Part shown: positions 1 through 9,167 of the stretch, one piece after another | How the letters are laid out: every line of letters begins with the position of its first letter | Numbering within the stretch: position 1 is the first letter of the stretch | From: Candidatus Doudnabacteria bacterium | GTDB lineage: Bacteria > Patescibacteriota > Doudnabacteria > UBA920 > VMFF01 | Length of the DNA stretch: 64,000 bases | NCBI GenBank assembly: GCA_028286905.1 | Contig: JAQBQP010000001.1 | Coordinates: 79,114-143,113, forward strand | Direction: 5' to 3' | Position numbers and translations under genes: made by a program | The notes under the pieces: model-generated | The model's database searches: none | What the model saw: the letters and a program-made list of their open reading frames with translations, nothing else | Told to the model about the DNA's origin: nothing

Positions 1-58
1 CTGAGCCAATGGCGCATCATCTTCTCTACGGTGTGATTCAATCATTTTTTTAATTTAA

Positions 59-1339
59 TTATTTCATTTTCTTTCTAATAAAAGCTGGGATGTCCAACTC
101 GTCTGCACCAGAATCTTCATCTGCCTGCGGAGCGTTTCCGGTAAACAAAGGCTTACGCGATTCCCTATTTTCTGGTAAGGGTTGTTGAGTGGATTTTTCA
201 GCGGGCACAAACTTTGGTTCTACGGTCGGCTCAATTCTTTGATCCGCTCTCGGTTCAAATCTTCTTGGTTCTTCTCTCTTAAACATTTCATCGCGCTTGA
301 TGTCATCAACTTTCTTAGGATCTTTGTTAACACCTTGTTCATCCTCAGTCATTCGAATTGTAGTTGGACGTTTTTGCATCTCATCAAAACCGGTAGCAAT
401 AACTGTAATAGTAACTTCTTCACCCATCTCATCGTTGATCACTGCACCAAACTTAATTTTAGCTTCAGGGTCAACGCTCTTTGTAATAATTTTTGCAGCT
501 TCATCAATTTCAAACATTCCAAGACTGCTACCACCAGTAATATTAAACAGCACTCCTTTGGCACCGTCAATTGCTAATTCCAACAACGGAGAATTTATTG
601 CATTACGCGCTGCTTCTGCGGCACGGTTCTCTCCGCTTGCCGAACCAATACCCATCAAAGCGGTTCCGGCATTTTCCATGATTGTGCGGATGTCGGCAAA
701 ATCGGCGTTTACAATTCCGTGGGTAGTAATTAAATCGGAGATACCTTGGATGCCTTGGCGCAAAACATCGTCAACAGTTTTGAAAGCATCAATCAATGAA
801 GTTTTTTTATCGATGATTTGCAAAATGCGATCGTTCGAAATAGAAATAATCGCATCAACTTTATCTTTTAAGTTAGAGTAGCCTTCTTCAGCAATCTCGC
901 GGCGCTTGGTGCCTTCAAAAGCAAAGGGCTTTGTGACAACCGCAACAGTCAAAACTCCGCGTTCTTTTGCAATCTCGGCAATAACCGGTGCTGCACCAGT
1001 ACCAGTACCACCACCCAATCCGCAGGTAATAAAAATCATGTCGGCATTATCGATCACTTCCAGGATATCTTCACGCGATTCTTCCGCGGCATTGCGACCC
1101 TGGTCTGGGTTCATCCCTGCGCCTAAACCGCGAGTGACGTTTCTGCCAATATGAACTTTCTTGTCTGATTTAGAATTATGCAACGCTTGCGCATCAGTAT
1201 TGATTGAAATAAACTCCACACCGTTGATGCCGAGTTCAGTCATGCGATGAATTGCGTTGGTACCGGATCCGCCCACTCCGAGTACCTTGATTCTTGCGTA
1301 AGTTTCGATTTTAGGTTTAACTTGCATGCGCTTCTTCAT
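59..1339 (-). CDS. ftsZ: Cell division protein FtsZ
   Basis: GGGTGTG tubulin signature, N-terminal GVGGSG..N motif, C-terminal LDIPAFIRK peptide. Confidence 0.99.
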   Translation of the reverse strand: MKKRMQVKPKIETYARIKVLGVGGSGTNAIHRMTELGINGVEFISINTDAQALHNSKSDKKVHIGRNVTRGLGAGMNPDQGRNAAEESREDILEVIDNADMIFITCGLGGGTGTGAAPVIAEIAKERGVLTVAVVTKPFAFEGTKRREIAEEGYSNLKDKVDAIISISNDRILQIIDKKTSLIDAFKTVDDVLRQGIQGISDLITTHGIVNADFADIRTIMENAGTALMGIGSASGENRAAEAARNAINSPLLELAIDGAKGVLFNITGGSSLGMFEIDEAAKIITKSVDPEAKIKFGAVINDEMGEEVTITVIATGFDEMQKRPTTIRMTEDEQGVNKDPKKVDDIKRDEMFKREEPRRFEPRADQRIEPTVEPKFVPAEKSTQQPLPENRESRKPLFTGNAPQADEDSGADELDIPAFIRKKMK

Positions 1340-1354
1340 AAATTATTATTAAAT

Positions 1355-2599
1355 TTAGGGTAAAAACTTCTTAAAGAGTTTCTTTACTTTATCGACACCG
1401 TCATTATCAAGCAATTTCTTAGCAAAACCGCCAGAAGTTTTTTGACCACCAAAGTATTCTTTTGCCCAAAGGATTAAACCAACCGCTGTAGCAAAGGAAG
1501 GGTCTTCGACCCGGTCAATTATAGTAGTAACGTTTGTAGGTACACCTAGCTGCACTGGCAAGCGCAGCTGCTTTTTAGCTAATTCTAGTATGCCTGGCAT
1601 TTTTGCACCAGCACCGGTAAATACAATCCCTGCCGGCAGTTTACCATCTCTATTAATCTGTTTTAGCTCTTTATTAACCAAATCGAAGATCTCTTCTAAT
1701 CGGGCTTCGGCTATTTCTGCCAAATGATGCCGGGAAACGCTTTCTTCTTCGGTTGAATCGATCTTAGAAAGATCAATTTCGTCACTACGGTTAATATCTC
1801 TAGGAATTGCATGGGCATAATCCTGTTTGACCCGTTCTGCGGTTTCAATGGAAGTACGCAAACCAATTGCGACGTCATTAGTAATGTGTCCGGAACCAAC
1901 TGGGATAATCGATGTGTGCAACAACTGCCCTTCTTCAAAGACAACAAGTCCAGTTGTACCACCACCCATATCTACCAAAGCCACGCCTAATTCTTTTTGG
2001 CGTTTTGTTAAAACTGATTCCGCTGCCGCAAGCGGCGCAAGAACCATGTCATCAACATGCAAACCAGCCTGTTGAATCGCTTTATTTAAATTCTTAATAA
2101 AAGGAACTGCGGCTTGGACAATCACTGTATCAACTTCAAGTCTAATCCCGGTCATACCCAGAGGATCCTTTATCCCCGACTGGCCGTCGACAATAAAGTT
2201 TTTTGGAATAACGTGAATTATTTCTCTATTCTGTGGAATTGAAATCGCCTGCGATGCATCAATCACTCTTATAATATCATTCTCAGTAATTTCGCCGTCC
2301 GCACGAGAAACTGCAATTACACCGTGCGACTCTACTGAAGAAATGTGCGAGCCACCAATTGCAACTGTCGCATGATTAATTTGCACGCCGGTCATTCGCT
2401 CAACTTTTTCCAAAGCTGAAGAGATTGTAGATACTGCTTCTTCGATATCAACTACAACACCTTTCCGAATTCCGGAAGAAGGAGTCTCTCCTACACCTAT
2501 GATGCTTGGCGTACCGGTGCTCTCATCAATCTTTCCAACCACTACTCGAACCGTGGAGGAGCCGATATCCAATCCTACTAAGTATTGTTGCTGTACCAT
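1355..2599 (-). CDS. ftsA: Cell division protein FtsA
   Basis: GLDIGSS and VDMGGGTT actin-like ATPase motifs; C-terminal amphipathic helix; directly upstream of ftsZ. Confidence 0.98.
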   Translation of the reverse strand: MVQQQYLVGLDIGSSTVRVVVGKIDESTGTPSIIGVGETPSSGIRKGVVVDIEEAVSTISSALEKVERMTGVQINHATVAIGGSHISSVESHGVIAVSRADGEITENDIIRVIDASQAISIPQNREIIHVIPKNFIVDGQSGIKDPLGMTGIRLEVDTVIVQAAVPFIKNLNKAIQQAGLHVDDMVLAPLAAAESVLTKRQKELGVALVDMGGGTTGLVVFEEGQLLHTSIIPVGSGHITNDVAIGLRTSIETAERVKQDYAHAIPRDINRSDEIDLSKIDSTEEESVSRHHLAEIAEARLEEIFDLVNKELKQINRDGKLPAGIVFTGAGAKMPGILELAKKQLRLPVQLGVPTNVTTIIDRVEDPSFATAVGLILWAKEYFGGQKTSGGFAKKLLDNDGVDKVKKLFKKFLP

Positions 2600-2603
2600 G
2601 AAT

Positions 2604-3041
2604 CTATTTTAGTTTTTCTTTTAAAATTTTAGAAATTAATTGGCCGTCTGCTTTGCCTTTTAATTTAGGCATTAACAGCCCCATTGCTTTGCCAAAGTCT
2701 GCAGCGGTCAAAGTTTCGCCGGCAAGCGTTTGATCAACGATCTTGCGAACTTCATCTTCAGAGATTTGTTCTGGCAAATATTTTTGCAAGACGGAAATTT
2801 CTGCCTGCTCTTTTTCTGCCAGCTCCGGCCTTCCACCGCGGGTGAATGCCTCAACCGAGTCTTTGCGACGCTTAACTTCAGAAGCAATCACCGGAATAAT
2901 GTCTTCATCTGTGAAGTCTTTACCCTTAGCAATTTCTTCGTTCATTACTCTCGCCTTAAGCATTCGCAAAGTGTTTAACTCGGTTTGCTGTTTAGCGATC
3001 ATAGCGTTTTTTAAATCCAAAACGATCTGATCTTTTAACAT
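2604..3041 (-). CDS. yqeY: GatB/YqeY domain protein
   Basis: LKNAM..K, KRRKDSVEAF..GGR.ELAEKE, DFGKAMG...KGKADG motifs; follows rpsU. Confidence 0.93.
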   Translation of the reverse strand: MLKDQIVLDLKNAMIAKQQTELNTLRMLKARVMNEEIAKGKDFTDEDIIPVIASEVKRRKDSVEAFTRGGRPELAEKEQAEISVLQKYLPEQISEDEVRKIVDQTLAGETLTAADFGKAMGLLMPKLKGKADGQLISKILKEKLK

Positions 3042-3052
3042 GGCTGATAAAT

Positions 3053-3289
3053 TTAATATTTACCGTATTTCTTAACTGGCATCTTTCCAAATTTCTTTAG
3101 ATCTTCTCTCTTTTCTTTAAGATCAGCACGTCTGCGAGCATCTTCTCTTACAAATCTCTTGCTCTTCTGAGGTTCGAAAAATCTAATTTTTCTAGCACGA
3201 ACTAAAACACCGCTTTGTTGAATCTTGCGGTTAAATCTACGTAATAAACTTTCAAATGATTCGCCGTCTTTCTTTTTAACTTCTACCAC
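3053..3289 (-). CDS. rpsU: 30S ribosomal protein S21
   Basis: VEVKKKDGESFESLLRRFNRKIQQSG; likely GTG start at 3289 after AAGGGGGTG. Confidence 0.92.
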   Translation of the reverse strand: MVEVKKKDGESFESLLRRFNRKIQQSGVLVRARKIRFFEPQKSKRFVREDARRRADLKEKREDLKKFGKMPVKKYGKY

Positions 3290-3368
3290 TACTGTCACCC
3301 CCTTCAAAAGGTTTGATAACTAATAAAAAACTATTATGAATATACCCCAAAAAACCCTTCAGGTCAAA

Positions 3369-3698
3369 TTAAGTATTATCCTTTAAATCCCCTGACAACA
3401 AATGCAAATGCAGGTGCGGAATCTGAGCGTATTTACCTACATTGAAAATCAATTTGTAATCAACGATGTCCTGCTTTTTAGCAAATTTACTAGCCACTAA
3501 AAGCATCACCCCAAGCAATTGCTGATTTTCTGATTGAACATCTGCAATTGATTTAATATGTTCTTTCGGAATAACCAAAAAGTGTGTCTCAGCTGCAGGG
3601 AATTTTGAAGGAATTATAACAAAACTCTCGTCCTCATACTTTATAGGCGAGAGTTCTTCTTTATGTGCAATTTGGCAAAAAATACAGTCAGCAGGCAT
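3369..3698 (-). CDS. HIT (histidine triad) family nucleotide-binding protein
   Basis: DCIFCQI N-terminus, HFLVIPKEH, intact HLHLH triad; ATG at 3698 just after the hisS-like stop. Confidence 0.93.
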   Translation of the reverse strand: MPADCIFCQIAHKEELSPIKYEDESFVIIPSKFPAAETHFLVIPKEHIKSIADVQSENQQLLGVMLLVASKFAKKQDIVDYKLIFNVGKYAQIPHLHLHLLSGDLKDNT

Positions 3699-3699
3699 T

Positions 3700-4971
3700 C
3701 TATCTCCCAATGCGTTTTTTAACTTCATCAATTATCTGATCGTAGCGGAAAACTTCTTGCATTCCGGATTTCACATCTCTCAGAATAACCATGTCATCCA
3801 TTGCTTCTTTTTGTCCGATAATTAAAGCGATCAATGCTTTCTGGCCTTCAGCAAGCTTTAGTTGATTTTTTACTCCGCCGTCACCAAAGTGATCATGCAC
3901 TGTAATTTTTGCATCCCATAATTCTGAGAATAATCGCAAAGCTTTTTTTGAAGCAAGGTCGCCGAGAGGCGCCAAATAAACTTCTGATTTAATATCGCCA
4001 ATCGCTTCCAATTTTAAATTCTGCACAGCTTTCTGTAAAACTTCCATGTAACCAGTAAAACCAAAACAAGCATTTTGTTTGCCGGTTAAGTCCTTAAGCA
4101 TTTCTTCATGGAAAGCACCCTCACCAATAAAGTACTCGTTAAATTCATCTTTGTACCGCATGGAGAAAACGGTTCGAGATGTTCCCTGCTTACCAACCAA
4201 CATTGGGTTCAAGCTGTAACCAACCGCAAGCTCATCTAAACCTTCTAAGATATGAGTGAAATGTTTATGATCTTCTTCAGAAAGAAAATCTACTACCTGC
4301 GGCGCTTCTGCTGCGACAGTTCTGCACTCCAAATTCTTGCAGCGAAAAACTTGCATTGGATATTCTTCGATCGAAGCAACGCACTCGTTACACAATTCAT
4401 ATTTTTTGGACTGCAAGAAGCTGCGCAAAGTTTCTTCATAATCTTTTCTGCTATCAGATTTTCCTACGCTATTGATTTCCAAAATCAGATTTTCTAAACC
4501 AAGCGATTTCAAAAATTTCCAAACCAAGCTTATTAACTGAACTTCAATCAATGGAGAAAATTCTCCAAGTAATTCAAAGCCATATTCCCAGCTATTTACA
4601 AACTTTTTCTGCTTTTCATCGTAAACAATAACAGGGGCGCAGTGATACCACTTTGAAAGTTTTTGGGTCTCACTAATTTTATGTTCGCTGTAAGCACGCA
4701 TCAGGCTTGGCAAAGTTTCTGGACGAATTGCAACTCGGTTCCCTTCGGGATCCATAAAAGTAACAATAGTATTTGAATCAACATCCAAACCTTCGTATAA
4801 AACAGCGTTTTCTAGAATTGGTAATTCTACTCTGGTAAAACCAAAACCTCGCGCTAGTTTTAACAACTTATCAATCATGAAATCCCAAGACATGTCTGAG
4901 GTCGGCAGAATGTCGAACATTCCAGGGACTAACTGCGGCTTCTTTGGTGATTTCTTTTTTTGAGTAGTCAT
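3700..4971 (-). CDS. Histidyl-tRNA synthetase-like protein (degenerate HisS/HisZ-like paralog)
   Basis: PGMFDILP N-terminus, IRPE motif, LEINSVG, C-terminal anticodon-binding domain (ALIIGQKE...VILRDV.SG.Q); motif 2 and motif 3 arginines missing. Confidence 0.85.
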   Translation of the reverse strand: MTTQKKKSPKKPQLVPGMFDILPTSDMSWDFMIDKLLKLARGFGFTRVELPILENAVLYEGLDVDSNTIVTFMDPEGNRVAIRPETLPSLMRAYSEHKISETQKLSKWYHCAPVIVYDEKQKKFVNSWEYGFELLGEFSPLIEVQLISLVWKFLKSLGLENLILEINSVGKSDSRKDYEETLRSFLQSKKYELCNECVASIEEYPMQVFRCKNLECRTVAAEAPQVVDFLSEEDHKHFTHILEGLDELAVGYSLNPMLVGKQGTSRTVFSMRYKDEFNEYFIGEGAFHEEMLKDLTGKQNACFGFTGYMEVLQKAVQNLKLEAIGDIKSEVYLAPLGDLASKKALRLFSELWDAKITVHDHFGDGGVKNQLKLAEGQKALIALIIGQKEAMDDMVILRDVKSGMQEVFRYDQIIDEVKKRIGR

Positions 4972-5600
4972 TATTGTGAGTATTCTACGTGATTAAATTT
5001 CTTAAAGGTTTGGAATGGGAAGGCTCGAACAAACACTTTACCAACAATATCATTAGTTGGCACCGGACCCCAAAAACGGGAGTCAGAAGAAGCTAGGCGA
5101 TTGTCTCCTAAAACAAAGTACTCAGTGCTGCCCAACGTTCTAGTATCTTGTCCATAAGGAAAGGTTGTGTCGCCCGCTGGCAGATATTTTTCATCCAAAA
5201 CAAAACCTTGGGGATTCTGCGCGTTGATGATAATAACTTTATTTTCCTGAATTTTAACTGTTTCGCCTGGCAAACCAATTATTCTTTTAATAAAATACTG
5301 GGTATTGTCTTTAGGGTATTTAAACACTATTACGTCCCCTCTTTGCGGTGCACTGATATGATATGTTAATTCATCAATTATCAAATATTCACCAGTATAG
5401 AAAGTCGGCTCCATCGAAGAACCCGAAACGATGAATGGCTGAGCAACATAGTATCGCACTGGTAATATTATAACTAAAGCAATTAGTAAAACTTTAATAA
5501 GATCAACAACAAAAGTTCCCATTTCAGAAAAATTTCGATTTTGTTTCGGCTGGTTTTCATTCACCTCTGGTGGCAAGGGCTGTTGCTGATTTTCGTTCAT
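4971..5600 (-). CDS. lepB: Signal peptidase I
   Basis: N-terminal TM helix, SGSSMEPT (catalytic Ser), FIKRIIGLPGE (Lys), GDNR..S.DSR. Confidence 0.97.
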   Translation of the reverse strand: MNENQQQPLPPEVNENQPKQNRNFSEMGTFVVDLIKVLLIALVIILPVRYYVAQPFIVSGSSMEPTFYTGEYLIIDELTYHISAPQRGDVIVFKYPKDNTQYFIKRIIGLPGETVKIQENKVIIINAQNPQGFVLDEKYLPAGDTTFPYGQDTRTLGSTEYFVLGDNRLASSDSRFWGPVPTNDIVGKVFVRAFPFQTFKKFNHVEYSQ

Positions 5601-5714
5601 AAAAAGTGAAAAATTAATTAGAGATCTTTATAAATATACCCGTTCCTCCCGACAATTGCAAGCCTTTTTTCTTTATCAAAATGTAGTTTTTCTATATACT
5701 TATGAGGAACAAAT

Positions 5715-7001
5715 ATGAATACACCCTCTAGAGCTTTTCCAAAATTTTTTTGGATATTAATAATAATAGTGTTAGTCCTTTTTGGCATGCTTTTCAGCAA
5801 AGCGTACAGTATCAGTTCTAAAGTTTTTGTGAGTAAAACTTCCTTTATCAAAAAAGTTAGCAATATTTTATTTCACGGCGGCTCCACTACGCTAATTGGA
5901 GAAGACCAAGATCGCATTAATTTACTTTTACTAGGCTATGGCGGCGAAGGGCATGACGGTCCGTATTTAACTGACACGATCATCGTTGCAAGCATAAAGC
6001 CTAGCACTAAAGAAGTATTGTTAACATCAATCCCCAGAGATTTGCTCTGGAAAACAGGTCAGCAAAAAATAAATTTTGCTTATGTCTCTGGATTAGAGAA
6101 ATCCCAAGACCCAAACCAGGCTGGGCAAAAAGCAGAGCAAGCGATAGAGTCGATTACGGGATTACAGATTCCTTATTTTGCCACAGTGGATTTTAGCGGA
6201 TTTGAAAAAGCTGTCGATCGTATTGGCGGCTTGGATGTTAACGTTGAAAAAACATTTACCGATTCACAATTCCCTGATTCAGGGATTGGTTATCTCCCCC
6301 CGATTACCTTTACTCAAGGGCTTGAACATATGAATGGCGTTCGTGCCCTAGAATTCGCCCGCTCTCGTCATGGCAACAATGGCGAAGACTCAGACTTCGC
6401 CCGCAGCAAAAGACAATCACTAATTATTCAATCTTTTAAACAAAAAGCTGGCGATCTTAATTTATTCACCGATACCACAAAAATAAATGATTTAACGAAT
6501 ATTCTTGCAGACCACGCACACACAAATCTCGATCCTGATGCTTTATTAGCTCTTACAAAAATAGTTAATGATAAAAACGCTAAAATAATCAGCCAAAGCC
6601 TGGACCCAGACACTCTACTAATATGTCCAGATACTCAAGGCTCTTTGGGCTATACCCTAACTAACTGCCCGGGAGTTAGCGATTCCGATATTCAAAACCT
6701 ATTTATTAATGGTTTCGACCAATCAGCGGTTCGCCAAGAAAAAGCGACAATTATTCTAGAAAATGCCGGAACTGCTGATACTCTATATACTTCGATTAAA
6801 AAAGATCTTACCGGGAGCGGTGTAACTGTCTATGAAGTCCCTTATAAGGGTCTACCATTGAAAAATAGCGTGCTCTATCAGATAAACGCTAAACCTGCTA
6901 CAATTAACTATCTTGAAGGCAAATTGAGCATTAAAGCCCAGCAAAAACCGGCTCAAATGACAGCTAACTCGGATCTAGTATTAATCATCGGCGGGCAGTA
7001 A
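5715..7001 (+). CDS. LCP (LytR-CpsA-Psr) family protein with C-terminal LytR_C-like domain
   Basis: TM anchor, NLLLLG, TDTII, SIPRD, KIN.AY, ARSRH, SDFARSKRQ. Confidence 0.93.
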   Translation: MNTPSRAFPKFFWILIIIVLVLFGMLFSKAYSISSKVFVSKTSFIKKVSNILFHGGSTTLIGEDQDRINLLLLGYGGEGHDGPYLTDTIIVASIKPSTKEVLLTSIPRDLLWKTGQQKINFAYVSGLEKSQDPNQAGQKAEQAIESITGLQIPYFATVDFSGFEKAVDRIGGLDVNVEKTFTDSQFPDSGIGYLPPITFTQGLEHMNGVRALEFARSRHGNNGEDSDFARSKRQSLIIQSFKQKAGDLNLFTDTTKINDLTNILADHAHTNLDPDALLALTKIVNDKNAKIISQSLDPDTLLICPDTQGSLGYTLTNCPGVSDSDIQNLFINGFDQSAVRQEKATIILENAGTADTLYTSIKKDLTGSGVTVYEVPYKGLPLKNSVLYQINAKPATINYLEGKLSIKAQQKPAQMTANSDLVLIIGGQ

Positions 7002-7005
7002 TATT

Positions 7006-8355
7006 ATGCGCGAAGCAATTGTAGCCATCGTAGGCGAACCGAACGTCGGCAAGTCTACTCTATTAAATAAAATCCTTGAGCAAAGAATCGCTCTTACTTC
7101 TAACGTCGCAGGGACCACCCGCGATCGTTTTTATGCGCCAGCATTTTGGAACGACGTTGATTTTACTTTGGTAGATACTGCTGGAATCATATTTGAACAA
7201 CGAGAAGAATTAGAAAAAAACATTCAGAAGCAAGTTGAGATTGCGCTTCAAGAAGCCGATCTTATTTTGTATGTTTTGGATGGCAAAAAAAGCCCAGAAA
7301 CTTTGGATCGAAATATTTTACTTAAGCTCCGAAAAAAGAAAAAAGATATTATTTTAGTAATCAACAAAATTGATGCACCGAAGAAAATAAAAGAAACCGT
7401 TGATCAATATCATTTTACCGGTTTTAAAAACATTGTTGCATTATCCTCTGTTGCCGGAATTGGTGTCGGAGATTTACTAGATGAAATTACAAAAAACCTC
7501 GCAGCTAAAGGTTTTGCGAAAATTGAAAAAGACCCGAGCGAAATTTCAGTGAGCCTAATCGGCAAACCGAACGTCGGCAAGTCTTCAATCTTCAATAAAA
7601 TCATTGGCGAAGAGCGGGTTGTCGTTTCAGCAACGCCGGGCACAACTAGAAATGTAATTGACACCGACATTGTTTATAAAACGAAAAAGATTAAATTCTT
7701 GGATACCGCTGGGTTAAAGAAAAAAGAAAAGAAGCAGGCTTTGCCTGATGTCTATGCCTCTTTCCAAACAATTCGAGCAATGCATAAGAGCGACGTTTGT
7801 ATTCTAGTCATCGATTCTTCTCTAGGTATCACTCAACAAGACCAACGCATCGCCGGTGAAATTGTGGCTGCCAGCAAAGGTCTTATTATCGTTGCAAATA
7901 AATCAGATTTGCTTACTCCAAAAGAACAGACGAAATTAGAAAAGAATCTTCCGGATTTCTTTGAGTTTCTCTGGTGGGCCCCCGCGGTTCAAGTTTCTGC
8001 AAAGTCCGGACAAGGCATTTCAGAAATCCTTGATTTCATTGTAAAGATTGAAGAAACTCGACACAAAAATATTGATGACGAAACAATGCGCGAGTTCTTT
8101 CACGCCAAACTTAAACAGCGTGAACCGCAAAGACTTCGTGATGAACGTATTCCAAAGGTTTATTCCTTACAACAGGTTTCCACCAATCCCCCGGTATTCT
8201 TGATGATGGTTAATGAGCCTTCGGCAATTTCAATGCAATTTAGAAAATTTATTCAGAATGCGATCATAAAAGAATTGCAATTTTGGGGCACACCTGTAAA
8301 ACTTAAGTTAGAAGCAAAGCGCGGCAATCCTAAATTTAACGAAGACCATACTTAA
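7006..8355 (+). CDS. der: Ribosome biogenesis GTPase Der (EngA)
   Basis: Two tandem G domains (GEPNVGKS and GKPNVGKS, GTTR, DTAG, NKxD) plus C-terminal KH-like domain. Confidence 0.97.
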   Translation: MREAIVAIVGEPNVGKSTLLNKILEQRIALTSNVAGTTRDRFYAPAFWNDVDFTLVDTAGIIFEQREELEKNIQKQVEIALQEADLILYVLDGKKSPETLDRNILLKLRKKKKDIILVINKIDAPKKIKETVDQYHFTGFKNIVALSSVAGIGVGDLLDEITKNLAAKGFAKIEKDPSEISVSLIGKPNVGKSSIFNKIIGEERVVVSATPGTTRNVIDTDIVYKTKKIKFLDTAGLKKKEKKQALPDVYASFQTIRAMHKSDVCILVIDSSLGITQQDQRIAGEIVAASKGLIIVANKSDLLTPKEQTKLEKNLPDFFEFLWWAPAVQVSAKSGQGISEILDFIVKIEETRHKNIDDETMREFFHAKLKQREPQRLRDERIPKVYSLQQVSTNPPVFLMMVNEPSAISMQFRKFIQNAIIKELQFWGTPVKLKLEAKRGNPKFNEDHT

Positions 8356-8358
8356 AAT

Positions 8359-8889
8359 ATGCAATTAGTTATCGCCCTTGGTAACCCAGGAGAAAAGTAC
8401 AAACAGACCAGACACAATGCTGGGTTCTTAGCTTTAGATTATATTTTGAAAGACTTGAAAGTAATTTCTTGTACCTCAAAGTTTGATGCGAAGATTTGTG
8501 AAGTACATGACCCAGAAAAAACTTTTTACATTTATCCGGAAACTTATATGAATGCTTCCGGACAGGCTGTTAAAAAGATTATGGACTTTTACAAACTTCA
8601 ACCAAAAGATGTATTAGTACTTCAAGATGAAATTGATTTACCGCTTGGCACAATCAAATTTACTCAAGGCTCCGGACATGCCGGACATAATGGAGTTCGA
8701 TCGATAATAGACGAATTAGGTACCAATGAGTTTAGAAGAATTCGGATCGGCATTGAAAGCCGAGAAAGAGGCGGACACATTCCTACTGAAGCATTTGTAC
8801 TCCAAAATTTTAAAGAAGACGAGCTCCCAAAAATCCCTTTCGACGCAATTAAAGCGCGAGTACTATTGGAACTAAAACCTAAAATATAA
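8359..8889 (+). CDS. pth: Peptidyl-tRNA hydrolase
   Basis: LGNPG.KY..TRHNAGF, P.TYMN.SG, GHNG, RIRIGI. Confidence 0.97.
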   Translation: MQLVIALGNPGEKYKQTRHNAGFLALDYILKDLKVISCTSKFDAKICEVHDPEKTFYIYPETYMNASGQAVKKIMDFYKLQPKDVLVLQDEIDLPLGTIKFTQGSGHAGHNGVRSIIDELGTNEFRRIRIGIESRERGGHIPTEAFVLQNFKEDELPKIPFDAIKARVLLELKPKI

Positions 8890-8904
8890 AAAATAAGTTT
8901 AATA

Positions 8905-9111
8905 AAGAAAACACCTGGACTTAATCCAGGTGTTTTATATTTTATTCAGAACCCTACCTACGAGTGAAAGGAATGCTAGAAAACTCTAACGATACCTTCA
9001 CTTAACAGCTACTCGTAAATAGTAGGAGGGATTCATACTTACTTTGGCTACTCGTAAATAGGATTCTAAATAAAATCTTGTATGTGCAATGCCACAAATA
9101 TCCTTCAACAA
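8905..9111 (-). ncRNA. Candidate structured small RNA, family unknown
   Basis: Own promoter at 9118-9146, terminator at 8908-8936, no ORF longer than 12 codons, 25-bp stem whose four mismatches are all G-U wobbles on the minus strand. Confidence 0.6.
8908..8936. terminator. Bidirectional intrinsic terminator
   Basis: AAAACACCTGGA-cttaa-TCCAGGTGTTTT perfect hairpin flanked by A and T tracts. Confidence 0.85.
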
Positions 9112-9117
9112 TATTAA

Positions 9118-9146
9118 ATATTAACATAATAACCATTTTTTGTCAA
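9118..9146 (-). promoter_or_regulatory. Sigma70-type promoter for the candidate ncRNA
   Basis: TTGACA-17 bp-TAATAT with TGn extended -10 on the minus strand. Confidence 0.75.
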
Positions 9147-9167
9147 CATCTATCAATATAACCCATT

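Noticed and set aside
182-2097. Plus-strand ORFs inside ftsZ and ftsA, and similar antisense ORFs across core genes
   Set aside because: Shadow frames of well-supported conserved genes.
9008-9061. Two 15-nt direct repeats with a 24-nt spacer as a mini CRISPR array
   Set aside because: Only two short repeats and no cas genes in the window; better explained as RNA structure.
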